Shown: one piece after another, positions 11,296 through 23,907 of the stretch
Numbering within the stretch: the stretch's first letter is position 1
Layout: each line of letters begins with the position of its first letter
Assembly: GCF_018977255.1 (NCBI RefSeq)
Contig: NW_024704743.1
Span: forward strand, 20,028,001-20,092,000
From: Callorhinchus milii
Taxonomy: Eukaryota
Direction of reading: 5' to 3'
DNA: 64,000 bases
The notes under the pieces: model-generated
Told to the model about the DNA's origin: nothing
The model's input: only the letters and a program-made list of their open reading frames with translations
Databases searched by the model: none
Program-made: the position numbers and the translations under genes

Positions 11296-13790
11296 CTGTG
11301 AGGAGATGCTGGACTTCCTCGAGACCAAAATCGAGGGGAACTGCTCACCAACCTCTGCCCTCCTCAGCGCTAAACCCTCCACATCTCCCCCTCACACTCC
11401 GGCCCCTATCATTCTCTCCCTCCACACCTTCGAACTTGTCTCCCCTTCCTCTCTCACCACCAATATAACCCACATGAAACTCACCACCAGCTCCCTCGAC
11501 CCCCTCCCTATCCCTCTCCTTACCTTCCAGCTCCACCTCCTTGGCCCTCTACTCACAGACCTTATTAACCTCTCCCTGCCCACTTTACCTCCACAAACAG
11601 TTTCTCCTCCAGCCCACCCACCATCTAGTGCAGTGTTCCTCAGGATTCTGTCCTTGTTCTTCTCCTCTTCAACTTGTATATGCTCCCTTTTGGTGATATT
11701 ATCTGCAGACATGGGGTCAACTTCCACATGTACGCAGATGACACCCAACTCTATCTCTTCTCCACCCTCGACTCCAGGACAACTGCTCTGCTGACAGAAT
11801 GTCTGTCAGCCATCAAGTCCTGGATGAGAGCTAACTTTCTACAGTTGAATGTCAACAAGACCGAGGCTCTCCAGATTGGCTCCCATCAGCACCTCCTCAC
11901 CTCAGGCACTGACAGCATCTCCATCCATGTTTGCACACTCCATCTTACTAAGCCAGTCCAGAACCTGGGCATCTTGTTTGACCCTCAACTGTCCTTTCTC
12001 CCTCACACTTCCTCTGCCTTACCCCACCTCTGGAACAGCACCCGGCTCTGCCACAGCCTCACCCCTCAGGCCGTCGAAATCCTTATTCATACATTCATCA
12101 CATCTAGGCTTGAATACGCCAACTCCCTGCTTGTCAGCCTTCCCAAATCTTCCCTCCACAAACTGCAGATCATCCAGAACTCTGCAGCTCATGTCCTCTT
12201 CCGTACCAGGTTCAATGACCCTATCACCCCCACCCTCGCCTGGCTCCACTGGCTTCCCATTCCTCAGAGTTGAAAAACCTCGTCCTCACATTCAAGGCCC
12301 TCCACTGCCTTGCCCCTCCCGAGCTCTGTGACCTTCTAACCCCTTATCGAGTTGTCCGCTTCCTCGGCTCAGCATGCTCCGGCCTGCCCCACGTCCCCCG
12401 CATCACCTGAGTTAGGGGTTGGAGTGGGTTGGGGGAAAAAACAGGGAAAGAGGAAGATCTTGAGATGGTCCTTGAAGGAGGTGAGAGAAGGGCCAGGTGA
12501 AGGGCTGGAGTTTCAGAGAATGGGAGCTGAAATGTTTTAATGGTAGAGACGGTTGGAAGCGTGGTATAAATGTATCACCTGAAAGAAGGCACTTCTGACA
12601 ATGCGGCACTCTCCCTTCACTGCGTTGGAGTGTCAGTCTGCCCTAGACTATGAGCTGGACGTCCTGACCTGGGGCTTCAACCCACATCCTTCTGATCCAG
12701 AGACAAGAGTGTTACAAACTGAGCCGGGCTGACAACTGTTCAAAAATTATTGTAGTTACAGTATTTATTACAAATCAAGTATGGAGACATGAGTAACTTC
12801 TTTAATGGTGCAGGCATAAGCGACTTGTTTAATGTACACAGGCGCCAAACAAATTATGTATAATTAAGATGTAAATTATAATGGAGCTTTTGCTTATACG
12901 CCTGCAATTTGTATTAATAACTTCCATTTGCGAATGCCTTGTGTAACTGAAGAGACTTTGGTCAAACGTATATTTTACTTTAAAGCTAAAAGATCTGTTC
13001 TCTTGTTCAAACACATTTGGTTTTCAGTGTTTTGCAGATCTATGAATGTATCCGTTTAAATTCAAAGGCACTTGAGCATTATGGCACCAATGCAACATCA
13101 TGATTTTCTGGAGTTTAGACAATAAGTTATAATAGGGTTTTTTATATTTTTTATATATATCTACATGAGGAAGGAATTCTTCCAACCAATCTGTTTGTAG
13201 CAACTCCCACCGACTGCATCCAAACACATAAAGTGTCCAAGTGTCTGATTATTCATTATTGCAGTTTAAGGAGGCCGGTTGACATATGTCAATGTTCTTG
13301 TTCGGCACCAAACACAAAAATAGGTAGGTTAAGCACTTTGCCAAGTTTTTCCTTTCTTACATTTTCTATGCACAGAAAAATAGCCTCCCATCAAATATAT
13401 GTTGTGTTCAGTCCATCTTGGTATTCACAGTAAATTGCAGGACCTCATCTGAAAATCATTCCTTTTACTCTTGTTGTTGTGCCATTTTCGTCCAGGAATC
13501 TGCACTCCACAGCTGTATTCTTGGAATTGTTTGGAATTCATTGGAGTCAAATTCGCTGCTTCTGGAACGATCGGACCTTCAGCTCCTCTGCCCCCACCCT
13601 TTGGAACCCCATCCCACATTCCCTTCACCTTGCTCCCTCCCTTGCCTCCTTCAAGGCACGCCTGAAGACTCTTCCTTTCAACCATGCCTTCAGCCACCCT
13701 CCTACCCTCCCTGCACTCCACCCTATCTAATCCCAACACAATCCTCAACCCCCCACCGTCCATCCCGCTCAGATCCAAATGTAATTTTGT
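11296..13790 (+). mobile_element. Degraded L2-clade LINE (RT and 3' end), split by the inverted copy at 12404-13567
   Basis: [31 protein letters not shown] and LHWLPI motifs. The L2 3' sequence resumes at 13568 (cggaccttcagc). Confidence 0.9.
12404..13567 (-). repeat. Left arm of a 1.16-kb inverted duplication (copy of 14970-16136)
   Basis: Reverse complement of 14970-16136 with only scattered differences. Paired ORFs give identical peptides on opposite strands (12829-13014 and 15527-15712). Confidence 0.97.
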
Positions 13791-14509
13791 ATTATATTGT
13801 ACATTCAGGGTATGCTTTTCTGATCAGTGCTCAATTCACTTTCATCCTGTTGCACCTTTTTCCACATAACTTTGCGCAGCAGGTTAAAATGTGATTTCTT
13901 TTAGCCAGTGAACTAAAATGCAAATCCAATCAAGTGAAAGAAAGACCTAGCATTTTTATAGCTTGATTTCATTCCTGAAACAATTCAAAAGTGTTTCTTA
14001 AGTAACTGTAGTGTTGCTGTAGACTGTTCTCCCACAAAATACAATCAATACAAATCACAGTAAATCCTGTGAGGCCCATTCAGATGTCTTCCCAACGTGA
14101 AGGGGCTAAATCAAATGCAAGGATTATTTATTATTTTATTATAAGCGTAGTGACTGTTCGTGTAATGTAGACAAATGTAGCAGCTTTCTGCACATTCAAA
14201 ATCCTCAGAAATAATCATGGGGTGAATTAATGACCAATTAATCTAGACCAGAGAAGTAGTGGGATATTTTCTTCTCTTTTCAAAAAGTGTCATGGGATCT
14301 TTAAATTCACTTGAACAGACAGATAGGACCTTAGGTTCGTGGCTCATCTGAAAGATGCACCTCCAACATTTTATTTCTTCCCATATACTGTTTCCTGCAG
14401 TCCCCAGTATTATATATTACCTAATACGATGAAGTAATATTAGTAACACTCTACCACAAGCAAAGCATGACATCTAGGACAACGATTTTTTCTTTTTTCT
14501 TTTTCAACT

Positions 14510-14720
14510 TCCTGTAGTGTATTGGTTAGAGCACTCGCATCGCAAGCAAGAAGACCCGGGTTCGATTAAAAAAACAATTTGTTCATGACTGTTTGTGGGA
14601 CGTCACTGTGCACAATTGGCTGTCATGTTTCATGCTCAAAATATATAGTCAATTCACTTCACAATACATTCCCAACAACATGATAACACGCTTTATAAAA
14701 TGCAAAGATTATTATTATTT
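14510..14720 (+). mobile_element. tRNA-derived SINE, family A, internally deleted
   Basis: ggttagagcactcgc...gggttcgatt head joined to the Deu-type tail. Confidence 0.7.
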
Positions 14721-14969
14721 TGCAATGTGGGAGAGAAGAAGCCACCATGCAGCTTCCCCATAGCCAGGGAAAGGGGAGGACGATTTAGATCCCTCCTATC
14801 ATAATAAACAAGAGATAGGATGCCTTTCAAATGTTAATGCAATGCTAACAAAATTGCAAATGTGCCTATCCTTGCTGAATGGTAATTGTGAGATGAGCAA
14901 TGTTAATGATTAATGTTTAATGGAACCACAGCTGCAAGCCAACACATCTGTAATAATAAGAATTTCATT

Positions 14970-16136
14970 TTCCAGAAGCAGCGAATTTGACTCCAATGAA
15001 TTCCAAACAATTCCAAGAATACAGCTGTGGAGTGCAGATTCCTGGACGAAAATGGCACAACAACAAAAGTAAAAAGAATGATTTTCAGATGAGGTCCTGC
15101 AATTTACTGTGAATACCAAGATGGACTGAATGCAACATATATTTGATGGGAGGCTATTTTTCTGTGCAAAGAAAATGTAAGAAAGGAAAAACTTGGCGAA
15201 GTGCTTAACCTACCTATTTTTGTGTTTGGTGCCGAACAAGAACATTGACATATGTCAACCGGCCTCCTTAAACTGCAATAATGAATAATCAGACACTTGG
15301 ACACTTTATGTGTTTGGATGCAGTCGGTGGGAGTTGCTACAAACAGATTAGTTGGTTGGAAGAATTCCTTCCTCATGTAGATATATATAAAAAATATAAA
15401 AAACCCTATTATAACTTATTGTCTAAACTCCAGAAAATCATGATGTTGCATTGGTGCCATAATGCTCAAGTGCCTTTGAATTTAAACGGATACATTCATA
15501 GATCTGCAAAACACTGAAAACCAAATGTGTTTGAACAAGAGAACAGATCTTTTAGCTTTAAAGTAAAATATACGTTTGACCAAAGTCTCTTCAGTTACAC
15601 AAGGCATTCGCAAATGGAAGTTATTAATACAAATTGCAGGCGTATAAGCAAAAGCTCCATTATAATTTACATCTTAATTATACATAATTTGTTTGGCGCC
15701 TGTGTACATTAAACAAGTCGCTTATGCCTGCACCATTAAAGAAGTTACTCATGTCTCCATATTTGATTTGTAATAAATACTGTAACTACAATAATTTTTG
15801 AACAGTTGTCAGCCCGGCTCAGTTTGTAACACTCTTGTCTCTGGATCAGAAGGATGTGGGTTGAAGCCCCAGGTCAGGACGTCCAGCTCATAGTCTAGGG
15901 CAGACTGACACTCCAACGCAGTGAAGGGAGAGTGCCGCATTGTCAGAAGTGCCTTCTTTCAGGTGATACATTTATACCACGCTTCCAACCGTCTCCACCA
16001 TTAAAACATTTCAGCTCCCATTCTCTGAAACTCCAGCCCTTCACCTGGCCCTTCTCTCACCTCCTTCAAGGACCATCTCAAGATCTTCCTCTTTCCCTGT
16101 TTTTTCCCCCACCCCCTCCAACCCCTAACTCAGGTG
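14970..16136 (+). repeat. Right arm (likely source copy) of the inverted duplication
   Basis: As above. The SINE/L2 sequence at its right end continues uninterrupted past 16136. Confidence 0.97.
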
Positions 16137-16440
16137 CAAATTGTCGACTGTCCTTAGGCCAGCCTCCTGATATCCCAAGAACCATCGGGGGTTTATAAAT
16201 GCAGTTTGCTGTTGTTGTCTGTTCAGATAGAAGTTAATGATCCCATAGCACTATTCAAAAGGAAAAGGGAGTTTCTTCTGGTGTCCTGGCCAATAAACAT
16301 CTAAATATAATTGATCATTTACTTCATAGCTGGTGGCTGCTACATTTGCCTACAAATACATGGTCACTGCACTTTATAGAAACTTTGTGAACCACTTGGA
16401 GATGTTTCCAAAGTGACAGGTGCTACACCAAATTATTATT
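15808..16440 (+). mobile_element. Deu-domain SINE interrupted by an L2 3' fragment (about 15975-16217)
   Basis: Head tgtcagcccggctcag; core resumes near 16218. Confidence 0.75.
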
Positions 16441-16734
16441 ACAAGGAATGTTATTGTGCAGCAGCATCCATTTCTTCAGGAAATTTAGATTAGTTAATTT
16501 CATTGATAATTTATAGTTCCTGTATTTTCTGTAAACGCTTAAGCGTCTCTTATTGACATTTGTCTAGTTTGTTTTAATTGGACAATTAATGCTATGGGTA
16601 CATTTGTCATAGGCAGAATTTTTAAAAAATTCTCACAGGAGAAAGAGATGCACTCTTTGCGTGACTACTTTTTCTTTAATTTATACATCTTTAATTTTTG
16701 GCATAACCTAAGGCAGCGTGGTCCAATAGGGGGA

Positions 16735-17040
16735 GATTGAGAGAGGGTGATTGACAGAGAGGGAGAGAGAGTGATTGAGAGAGAGAATGTGAGAAAGAGG
16801 TGGAGAGAAAGAAACAGAGAGAGCGAGTGGGAGAGAGTGGAGCGAGAGAGTGATTGAGAGTTTGAGAGGGAAGAGAGAGTGTGAGAGAGTGTGTGTGTGT
16901 GAGAGAGGGAGAGAGAGTGTATGCGAGAGAGAGCACAAGAGAGAGAAAGGAGAATGACTGTGAGAGAGAGAGAATATGAGGGAGAGGAGGAGAGAGAGAA
17001 ACAAAAAGAGTGAGAGAGCAGAGTGAGAGAGAGAAGGGAG
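16735..17040. repeat. (GA)n-rich polypurine microsatellite
   Basis: Directly visible. Confidence 0.9.
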
Positions 17041-17874
17041 GGCAGCGTTCCATGGTTCACTGTCAGGACAGAAGACTGGAATCTCCTTCGGCCCCAGTGA
17101 AAAACCTCTCTGTGTTCTGCTATGTCCCCTGCCCCCTCCTGACCCAGCCGTTCTCTTATTTTTCCTCCCAACCCATCTGCCCCACCATCGCCATTTTGCC
17201 CCCACTTTCTGGAGTTCCATTCCTGGACTCCCTCCCTCTCACCCCTCTTTCAAGGCACATCAAGACCTAACTCTTTGACCACGCTTTCAGTCATCTTTTC
17301 CCCTCCCCATCCCACCTCTCTTGGCTAGCGCCCCCAGCTCAGGTGCCCGGCCGACAGTGTCGAGCACTTTATGATGTCCTTTCAACATGAAAAACGTGGA
17401 AGGGAAACCCAAAATACTGCTCATGGGGCCCGTGGACCTTTCTCTAATAGGAATTCTGGCCTGTGGCAGCCTGAAGATTAGACCACCCTGACCTAAGGGA
17501 TTTCACATTCCTACACATTGCTACTCAATGACTGGAAAGAAATGAGAAAAAGACATGGAGAGAAATGAATATGTAAATGAACATGAGACTGAGGAGATAT
17601 GCAAAGAGACAAAAATAAATGTATCCAGGGGCCAAGGCAACCTTGAGATCTGGTTTCAGTAGTAGATCAATTCTTAACACTGCAGCAGAAATGCTATGGG
17701 AGCAAATCCTTAATGACAAAAATAATTAAAGGGGAGGTCAGAAAAAAAATCCTTACACAGAGAATGGTTAGAATGTTTTAGTTTTAAAGAGAATTAGATT
17801 GATGTTTAAAAAAAACAGGAATATTAAAGGGTATGGGAAGCAATCGGGTATATGGGATTTGATTCCTACTGACT

Positions 17875-18091
17875 TTAAAGTTCCACCCTTCTGTAGGTTT
17901 ACTTGATTAACATAGTGTTTCGGAGCGTCCAGAATTTTGGCAAATTATTAATTGTGAAGCAGGTTTTCTTTCATTTATTTTAAGTATAGAAAACCAGTTT
18001 TAAATTAAGACTGAATTCAACAATTTGCAAATTCTGGATGCTCTGAAATGCAACATTAATTGAGGGAATCGAAGCACAGCTGGAATTTTAA
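17875..18091. mobile_element. MITE-like imperfect palindrome
   Basis: Ends ttaaagttcca and tggaattttaa. Inner arms 17918-17937 and 18029-18048 differ only at two CpG positions. Confidence 0.6.
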
Positions 18092-18979
18092 CCCCAAATG
18101 TTTTTTATAACACCAAACAAATCGCCCACCCAATTCAGAATTCTGCACATGTGTTCAGTTGCATATGAGCAGACATTGGATATCAGGTGTTTTCTTTTAA
18201 CAGCATAAACCAATGTGAAGATGTCCAGGGTGTAAATCAGGCTTCCTGATGAAAATTATACCACTCCTAGCAGTAACAGGGCATATAGGTTGCATGTGCT
18301 TTACTCCAGTACATCAAGGATACCACTGGTTTAAATCATTTTGTATGTCAAAGATAGCTTGGCCCATATTTGCTATAAGCCTATTAGAGTATAATGCAAA
18401 ATAAGTAATGTATTATCCAAAAAATAATCTCCATAGATGAAAAAAGTAACACAGTATTGAAATGTCTGTTGTACTTTGCCCTTATAGCTTGCATTCGCAA
18501 GAGATGCAATACCATTTCTGTTCTGTGTCTATTTCTTGGCATTACATAACACAAACACTGCATAATTATTTTTCTGAAAGGATTATGTCTTTGATTTATA
18601 ACAAAATTACAACAGCCTGGTCAATTGTAGTCGAAAACTCATTATTTTTATTGGACGCACATTTAATTAAAAACACAATTGCACATACCATTATTGGAAA
18701 GATTTTTTTCTAGAAAATATGATGGTTTAAACGTCTCAAATTATTACCAAAAACTGCTTCTACGCTTTTTGTATACTACTTTAAAAAGTTTAAAATATAT
18801 ATATCATCTGCTTTTGATCTTGTATCTAACTGAATAATAAAATACACGGTCAATTCACTTTACAGCATATTCTATGAAGCGCTTAGAAACGTCTCAACAA
18901 CATGATAAGGCGCTATATCAAATGTGAGGAATATTATATATATATATAATTATATAGATATATATAATATATATAAAGC

Positions 18980-19390
18980 TGTCAGGCTCTCTCAGTTGGT
19001 AGCAGTGTATAGGTTCAGACCCGTTGTCTTGACTTTGAACTCACGTCCAGGCTGACATTTCAATACAGTGCAGGAGGAATACTGCAGAGTCGGAGGTGCC
19101 ACTGTTCGAATGAGATGTTAAACTGAGGTTCTGCCTGTTCAGGTGGACTTTAAAGATTCCATTGCATGATACAAAGTAAAAGAAAAGAGAGTTACTCCCT
19201 GTCCAAGCCAACAATCCTTCGGATAAAATTCACTTCATGGCTGTTTGCGACATGTTGTTCTATGCAAATTGGTTACCATATTCACCGGCAAAGTACACAG
19301 TCACTACATTTTACAGTAAATGTGGTGAAGCGCTTTGAGACATCCTCCTGACATGAAGAGCACTATGTCAAATGAAAGCATTATTATTAT
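18980..19390 (+). mobile_element. Deu-domain SINE (SacSINE1/AmnSINE1-like), family B
   Basis: Deu-like core (aactgagg...cctgttcaggtggactttaaagattcca...ggctgtttgcgac...caaattgg) and L2-type tail. Confidence 0.8.
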
Positions 19391-19829
19391 TAATATTTGC
19401 ATTAAAACTCAATAACCTAAAGAAAGAGTTTATATCACAATTTTTAATCCTTAAGGACAATTACTATAGCTTTCTTGAGGTTTGAATTATTCAACGGGAA
19501 AAAATATTGGTGAAAAATACGATCTTTCATAACAGATTTATTGCAATATAATATCAACTCTGTTATGAAATATTTTTCTTAATATTCATTAGAGCATATT
19601 TGCCTGATTACAATATTCCCTATGGAATTACTAATGCAATTTTATGATCAGAATATGGAATATTTTGTTACCTTATACTGTGGATGAGCCAAACAAAATG
19701 TGTGTGGATACACAACTGAAAAATCCATTTTGTTTAATGTAATTCTTATTGATTCAGAGGGCACAAATTTCATAATATGTTCCAACAAAACGATTGCAGA
19801 GGTAGTAACACCAGCACGGGAAAGTAGAA

Positions 19830-20110
19830 CAGAATTGCTGCAGGCAATGTTATGTCCTGGTTTCACTCTTACATATCTCAGAGCCTCCACTTTGCCTCAT
19901 CAAATGGCTTCTCCTTATGCCCCCACACAGTCAAATGCGGCTCAGTTCAACATTTCAATACTTCAGGGCTCTATCCTAGGTTATCTCCTTTTCATCATCT
20001 GTATACTTCCTCAGTGGCATTATCCATATGCGTGGTGTCCACATCCACATGTATGGGAGTGGCACCAGTTTGTTTCTCTGCCTCTACGCTTGATTCCAGG
20101 ACTGTCTGAC
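19830..20110 (+). mobile_element. Highly degraded L2 RT fragment
   Basis: SWFHSYISQSLHFASSNGFS and QGSILG motifs. Confidence 0.6.
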
Positions 20111-21211
20111 CAATTGTCTATCAGTCATCTTATCCACTCTGTCTTTAATAACCTTTGATAACCCCCCCCACCCCTTGCTCAGATCCCCTCCTCAACTCTT
20201 TCACATCAGGAGGCATTCCTGGCATGAGAGATAATAATAATAATAATAATCCTTGCATTTGATATAGCGCTTTTCACGTCTTCTCGATGTCTCAAAGAGC
20301 TTCACAGAATATGCTGTAAAGTGAATTGACCATATATTTGTGGGCGAAATGATGCTAAAAAATGTAAATATATTTATATTGGGGTGGACACTGTGATGTG
20401 TATATGTGTTCATTCTCAACAGTGATAATGAGCTGGTACTGAGGAGGCAACATTGAAACCATGCCACTACTTTGAGGAGGGAAAGGAACAAATTGAGGGT
20501 GACAATTATGATGATTGGGTTCAAATCTGTAGTCATAGACCATGGAATCATTATGTAAATTATATTAGTACTTTGTATGTGAGCTTATTAATATGACAAT
20601 GGTATTCATTTTAAAAAGAAATAGAATATAATAGAGAACATTACATTCATTCTGGTAGTGGAAAGAATTCTGCAATAGATTCCACACAAGAAGATATGGA
20701 TAATTATGTACTGTGGCCCTCTAGCAGAATGTAACATTATTGACGATATTTACATTAATAAATGTTGAAGAATAAATCTTTATTTTACAGTTACTGTCTA
20801 GTTACACTTTCCATAGGTCAATAATAATTTTAACACTTATTATTATCCTGGAAACGTAAATGTTGGGAAACACATAAGTAAATAAAAAATAAATAATTGC
20901 TGCTACAGTATAATGTGTTGAAATTACAGTTACAATTTTAAATATAGGAATCGGTCTTTTTAAGCATATCTATTTCCTATTGAACTAAAACCAGGAACAT
21001 ATTTGATTTTACAAAAACGACTCTGCTATATTTTAGTAGTAGTAGAACTAAATAGAAAGAAAAACTGTTTAGCTTTCCTGATGACCCTGCAAGTAATATT
21101 CAGTAAGCAGTGGAACCAGATTGAATCTCTGGTCTGTGTCCAGGAAACTAATGCGCAAATAGGCCGGAGCAAAGTTTCTCTAGGTTGCCGTTGTGTGTTT
21201 TTGCTCTCAAT

Positions 21212-21575
21212 GGAGTCCTGCAGCACAGTGGTTAGAGCACTGACCTCAAAAGCGAGAGATCTGGGTTCAATTCCTGGCAGGGCGAAACGTTGGGCAAGCT
21301 TCCTTACTCCACAGGCCTCTGTTGACCGAGCAGTAAGTAGGAACCCAGTTGTTAGTTGATTGGTGGATCGCTTTTCCAGTGGTAATAATCTCTTCAAAAA
21401 AAATTGGTCTCTCAATCCACGACTGGTTGTGGGACACTGCTGTGCGTAATTAGCTGCCATGTTCACCCACAAAATATACAGTTAATTCACTCTACAGTAC
21501 ATTCTATTAAGTGCTTTGAGACATCGCGAAGATGTGTTAAAATGCTTTATCAAATGCAAGGATAATTATGATTAT
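21212..21575 (+). mobile_element. tRNA-derived SINE, family A, full length
   Basis: Same head, internal gggcaag...gcctctgtt...agcagtaagtaggaacccag, same tail. Confidence 0.85.
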
Positions 21576-21949
21576 TTGCACCACTTGAATGCAAGTAATA
21601 TTGGGATTGAGCCAGCACAGACATGATGGGCCGAATGGCCTTTTTCTGTGACGTAAATTTCTACGGTTCTCTGTATTTTTTATTCAGGAATGCCATTAAG
21701 AAATACAATAAATTAGACCTCAGGTTTAAAATGCATTGTGATGTTATAACTACATATCAAATATAATTATTGTTTGTTATCTGTAGTCCTCTCTAATCAC
21801 AAGACTCCTAAACTGTACACTCCAACTTGTGCTTTGAGTACATTTTAGAGGTTTTAGAGTTTTGATTTTTAAAAGAAATTCACCGTGTTTAATGTTTATA
21901 ACAAGTGTACAATTTCTGAATTCTCGTATTGCAAACAAAAAAAAGGCGA

Positions 21950-22420
21950 TGTGCTCTCTTTGACCCTATCACTCCCACCCTCGCCCGACTCCACTGGTTC
22001 CCCATCCCTCAGAGGATTGAAGTCAAGATCCTCATCCTCACTTTTAAGGCCATCCATGGCCTTGCCCCCTCCTACTTCTCTGACCTGCTCTCTCCCTACC
22101 AACCTGCCCGCTCCCACCATTCAGCGGGCTCCGGCCAGCTCCACATCTCCCGTCCGACCCGCACTACCATCGGTGGCCGGGCTTTTAGCCTCTCTGCCTC
22201 CACCCTCTTGAACTCCATTCCACAGTCCCTTTACCTCGCTTCCTCCCTTGCCCTCTTCAAGGCCAGTCTCAAGACCCTCCTCTTTAATCATGTCTTCGGT
22301 CGCCCTCCCACCTCTTTGCCTTCCCTCCCCCATGCTCAGGTCCTGACCCCTGACTGCCCAGGGCCTTGGGACATCCTCCCGAAGTGAAAGGGGCTCTATA
22401 AATGTAATTTTGTTGTTGTT
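21950..22420 (+). mobile_element. L2 LINE 3' fragment
   Basis: [24 protein letters not shown]...TIGGRAFS; L2 tail. Confidence 0.9.
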
Positions 22421-22809
22421 GTCTGCGTTCACTCTCTAATGGTTCACTTAACTGGAACCTTGGTTATTATCTCGAAATGCATTATTGATTTAGTCAATTC
22501 AATATGTGAGCTTGTAATTACTATAAAGACAGTTTCACTAAAGTGGGGATGTACCGTTAATGTGATAAGTAACATTACTGCGTAAAGGTCATTCTAGTTT
22601 TATTGCTCTGTTGAAGTTTATTTGCATCTCATTGTACATGATAACTTATAATCTGTTCTCTGAGTATTTTATTGACCTCAGTGTGTGCCATACATGTTTA
22701 AAAACAACACATCATTGTAGAATTTTTTTTGATAATGTTATTTCCTGACACACAAAATTAATGTGACTAAAATTTGACAAATTGTTCCTAATTCCATTAT
22801 TCTGACAGG

Positions 22810-23210
22810 TCAGTCTGGCTGAGTCGCAAGAATGTGGGTTCAAGCCCCACATCAGGACTTTGAACTCATCGTCAGCCAACACTCCAATGCAGTGCTGGGA
22901 GAAGTTGCTGCTTTGTCCGAGGAACCATCCTTCGGATGAGATGCTAAACTGAGGACCGGCTGCCTGTTCAAGTGGACATTAAAGATACCATGGCACTATT
23001 CAAATAGAGAAGGGAGTTTCTCTTGGTGTCCTGGCCAGCAATCCCCAGATAAATTTGGTCGCTCGCTTCATGCCTCTTTGTGTGACATTGTTGTGTGCAA
23101 ATTAGCTCTCACGTTTGCCTACAAATACACTCCACTTTAGAATAAATTTTGTGAAGCGCTTTGAGATGCTTTGACGACCTGACAAGACTCTATATGAAAT
23201 GCTTGTGTTA
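22810..23210 (+). mobile_element. Deu-domain SINE, family B, full length
   Basis: gtgggttcaagccccac B box; taaagataccatggcactattc...ggtgtcctggcca core. Confidence 0.85.
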
Positions 23211-23691
23211 TTGTGTTTAAAATGGTCTGAAAATGAATTGTTTTTCGGATCTAAGTTGTTAAACTGATCGATTTTACTTTCCATTTGAAGCCAAATATCA
23301 TTAAACTTTTGGCCTAGTAATTACATCCTCGATAGAATATATATTTACCACATCCAAATACAGTATTCTATACCCTTTGATGATAAATCTGAAACAAAGT
23401 AGGCAAAATTCTGAGAGAAATCTTTTTCATGTACAGTACACTTCTTCCATGCCTATCATTTTGTGGTTAATGGTTTGATACTATGTACTTTGTGTTCCCT
23501 GCTCAATAAGTGTATCATTCTCTTTCTCTTTCATCTTAGATATTTTCTAATAATCATTATCAACATAATAACAAATGATAGTTGCACTTGATATAGTGTT
23601 TCATCACATTGCTAAAATATCTCAGAGCAATTCACAGGGTTTACTATAAAGTGTATGACTGTGTATTTATTGTCAACTACAATAACTTGAA

Positions 23692-23907
23692 GCAAAACAC
23701 AAAATACTGCAGATGCTGGAAATCTGAAACAAAGACAGAAGTGGCTGGGAACACTCAGCAGGTCAGGCAGCATCCATGGAGAAAGGAAAGTGAGTCAACG
23801 TTTCGGGTCCACGACCCTTCGTCAGAACTGAAGAAGGGTCGTGGGCCCGAAACGTTGACTCATTTTCCTTTCTCCATAGATGCTGCCTGACCTGCTGAGT
23901 GTTCCCC
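23692..23907. mobile_element. Palindromic Penelope-like (pLTR-derived) non-autonomous element with 13-bp TSD and hammerhead-ribozyme cores
   Basis: ACAATAACTTGAA at 23679-23691 and 23908-23920; hairpin 23747-23906; CTGANGA...GAAA cores on both strands. Confidence 0.8.
23793..23829 (-). ncRNA. Putative minimal type I hammerhead ribozyme
   Basis: Minus strand reads AGUU CUGACGA A GGGUC GUG GACCC GAAA CG UU GACU. It has the core CUGANGA/GAAA, a 5-bp stem II, palindromic AACGUU for stem III, a GUU triplet and stem I AGUU/GACU. Confidence 0.6.

Noticed and set aside
12829..15712. Duplicated small ORFs (MFEQENRSF..., MVFTVNCRT...) as a gene pair
   Set aside because: By-products of the inverted duplication, with non-ATG starts and no recognisable domain.
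16665..17220. Ser/Leu-rich ORFs
   Set aside because: Translation of the (GA)n/(TC)n microsatellite.
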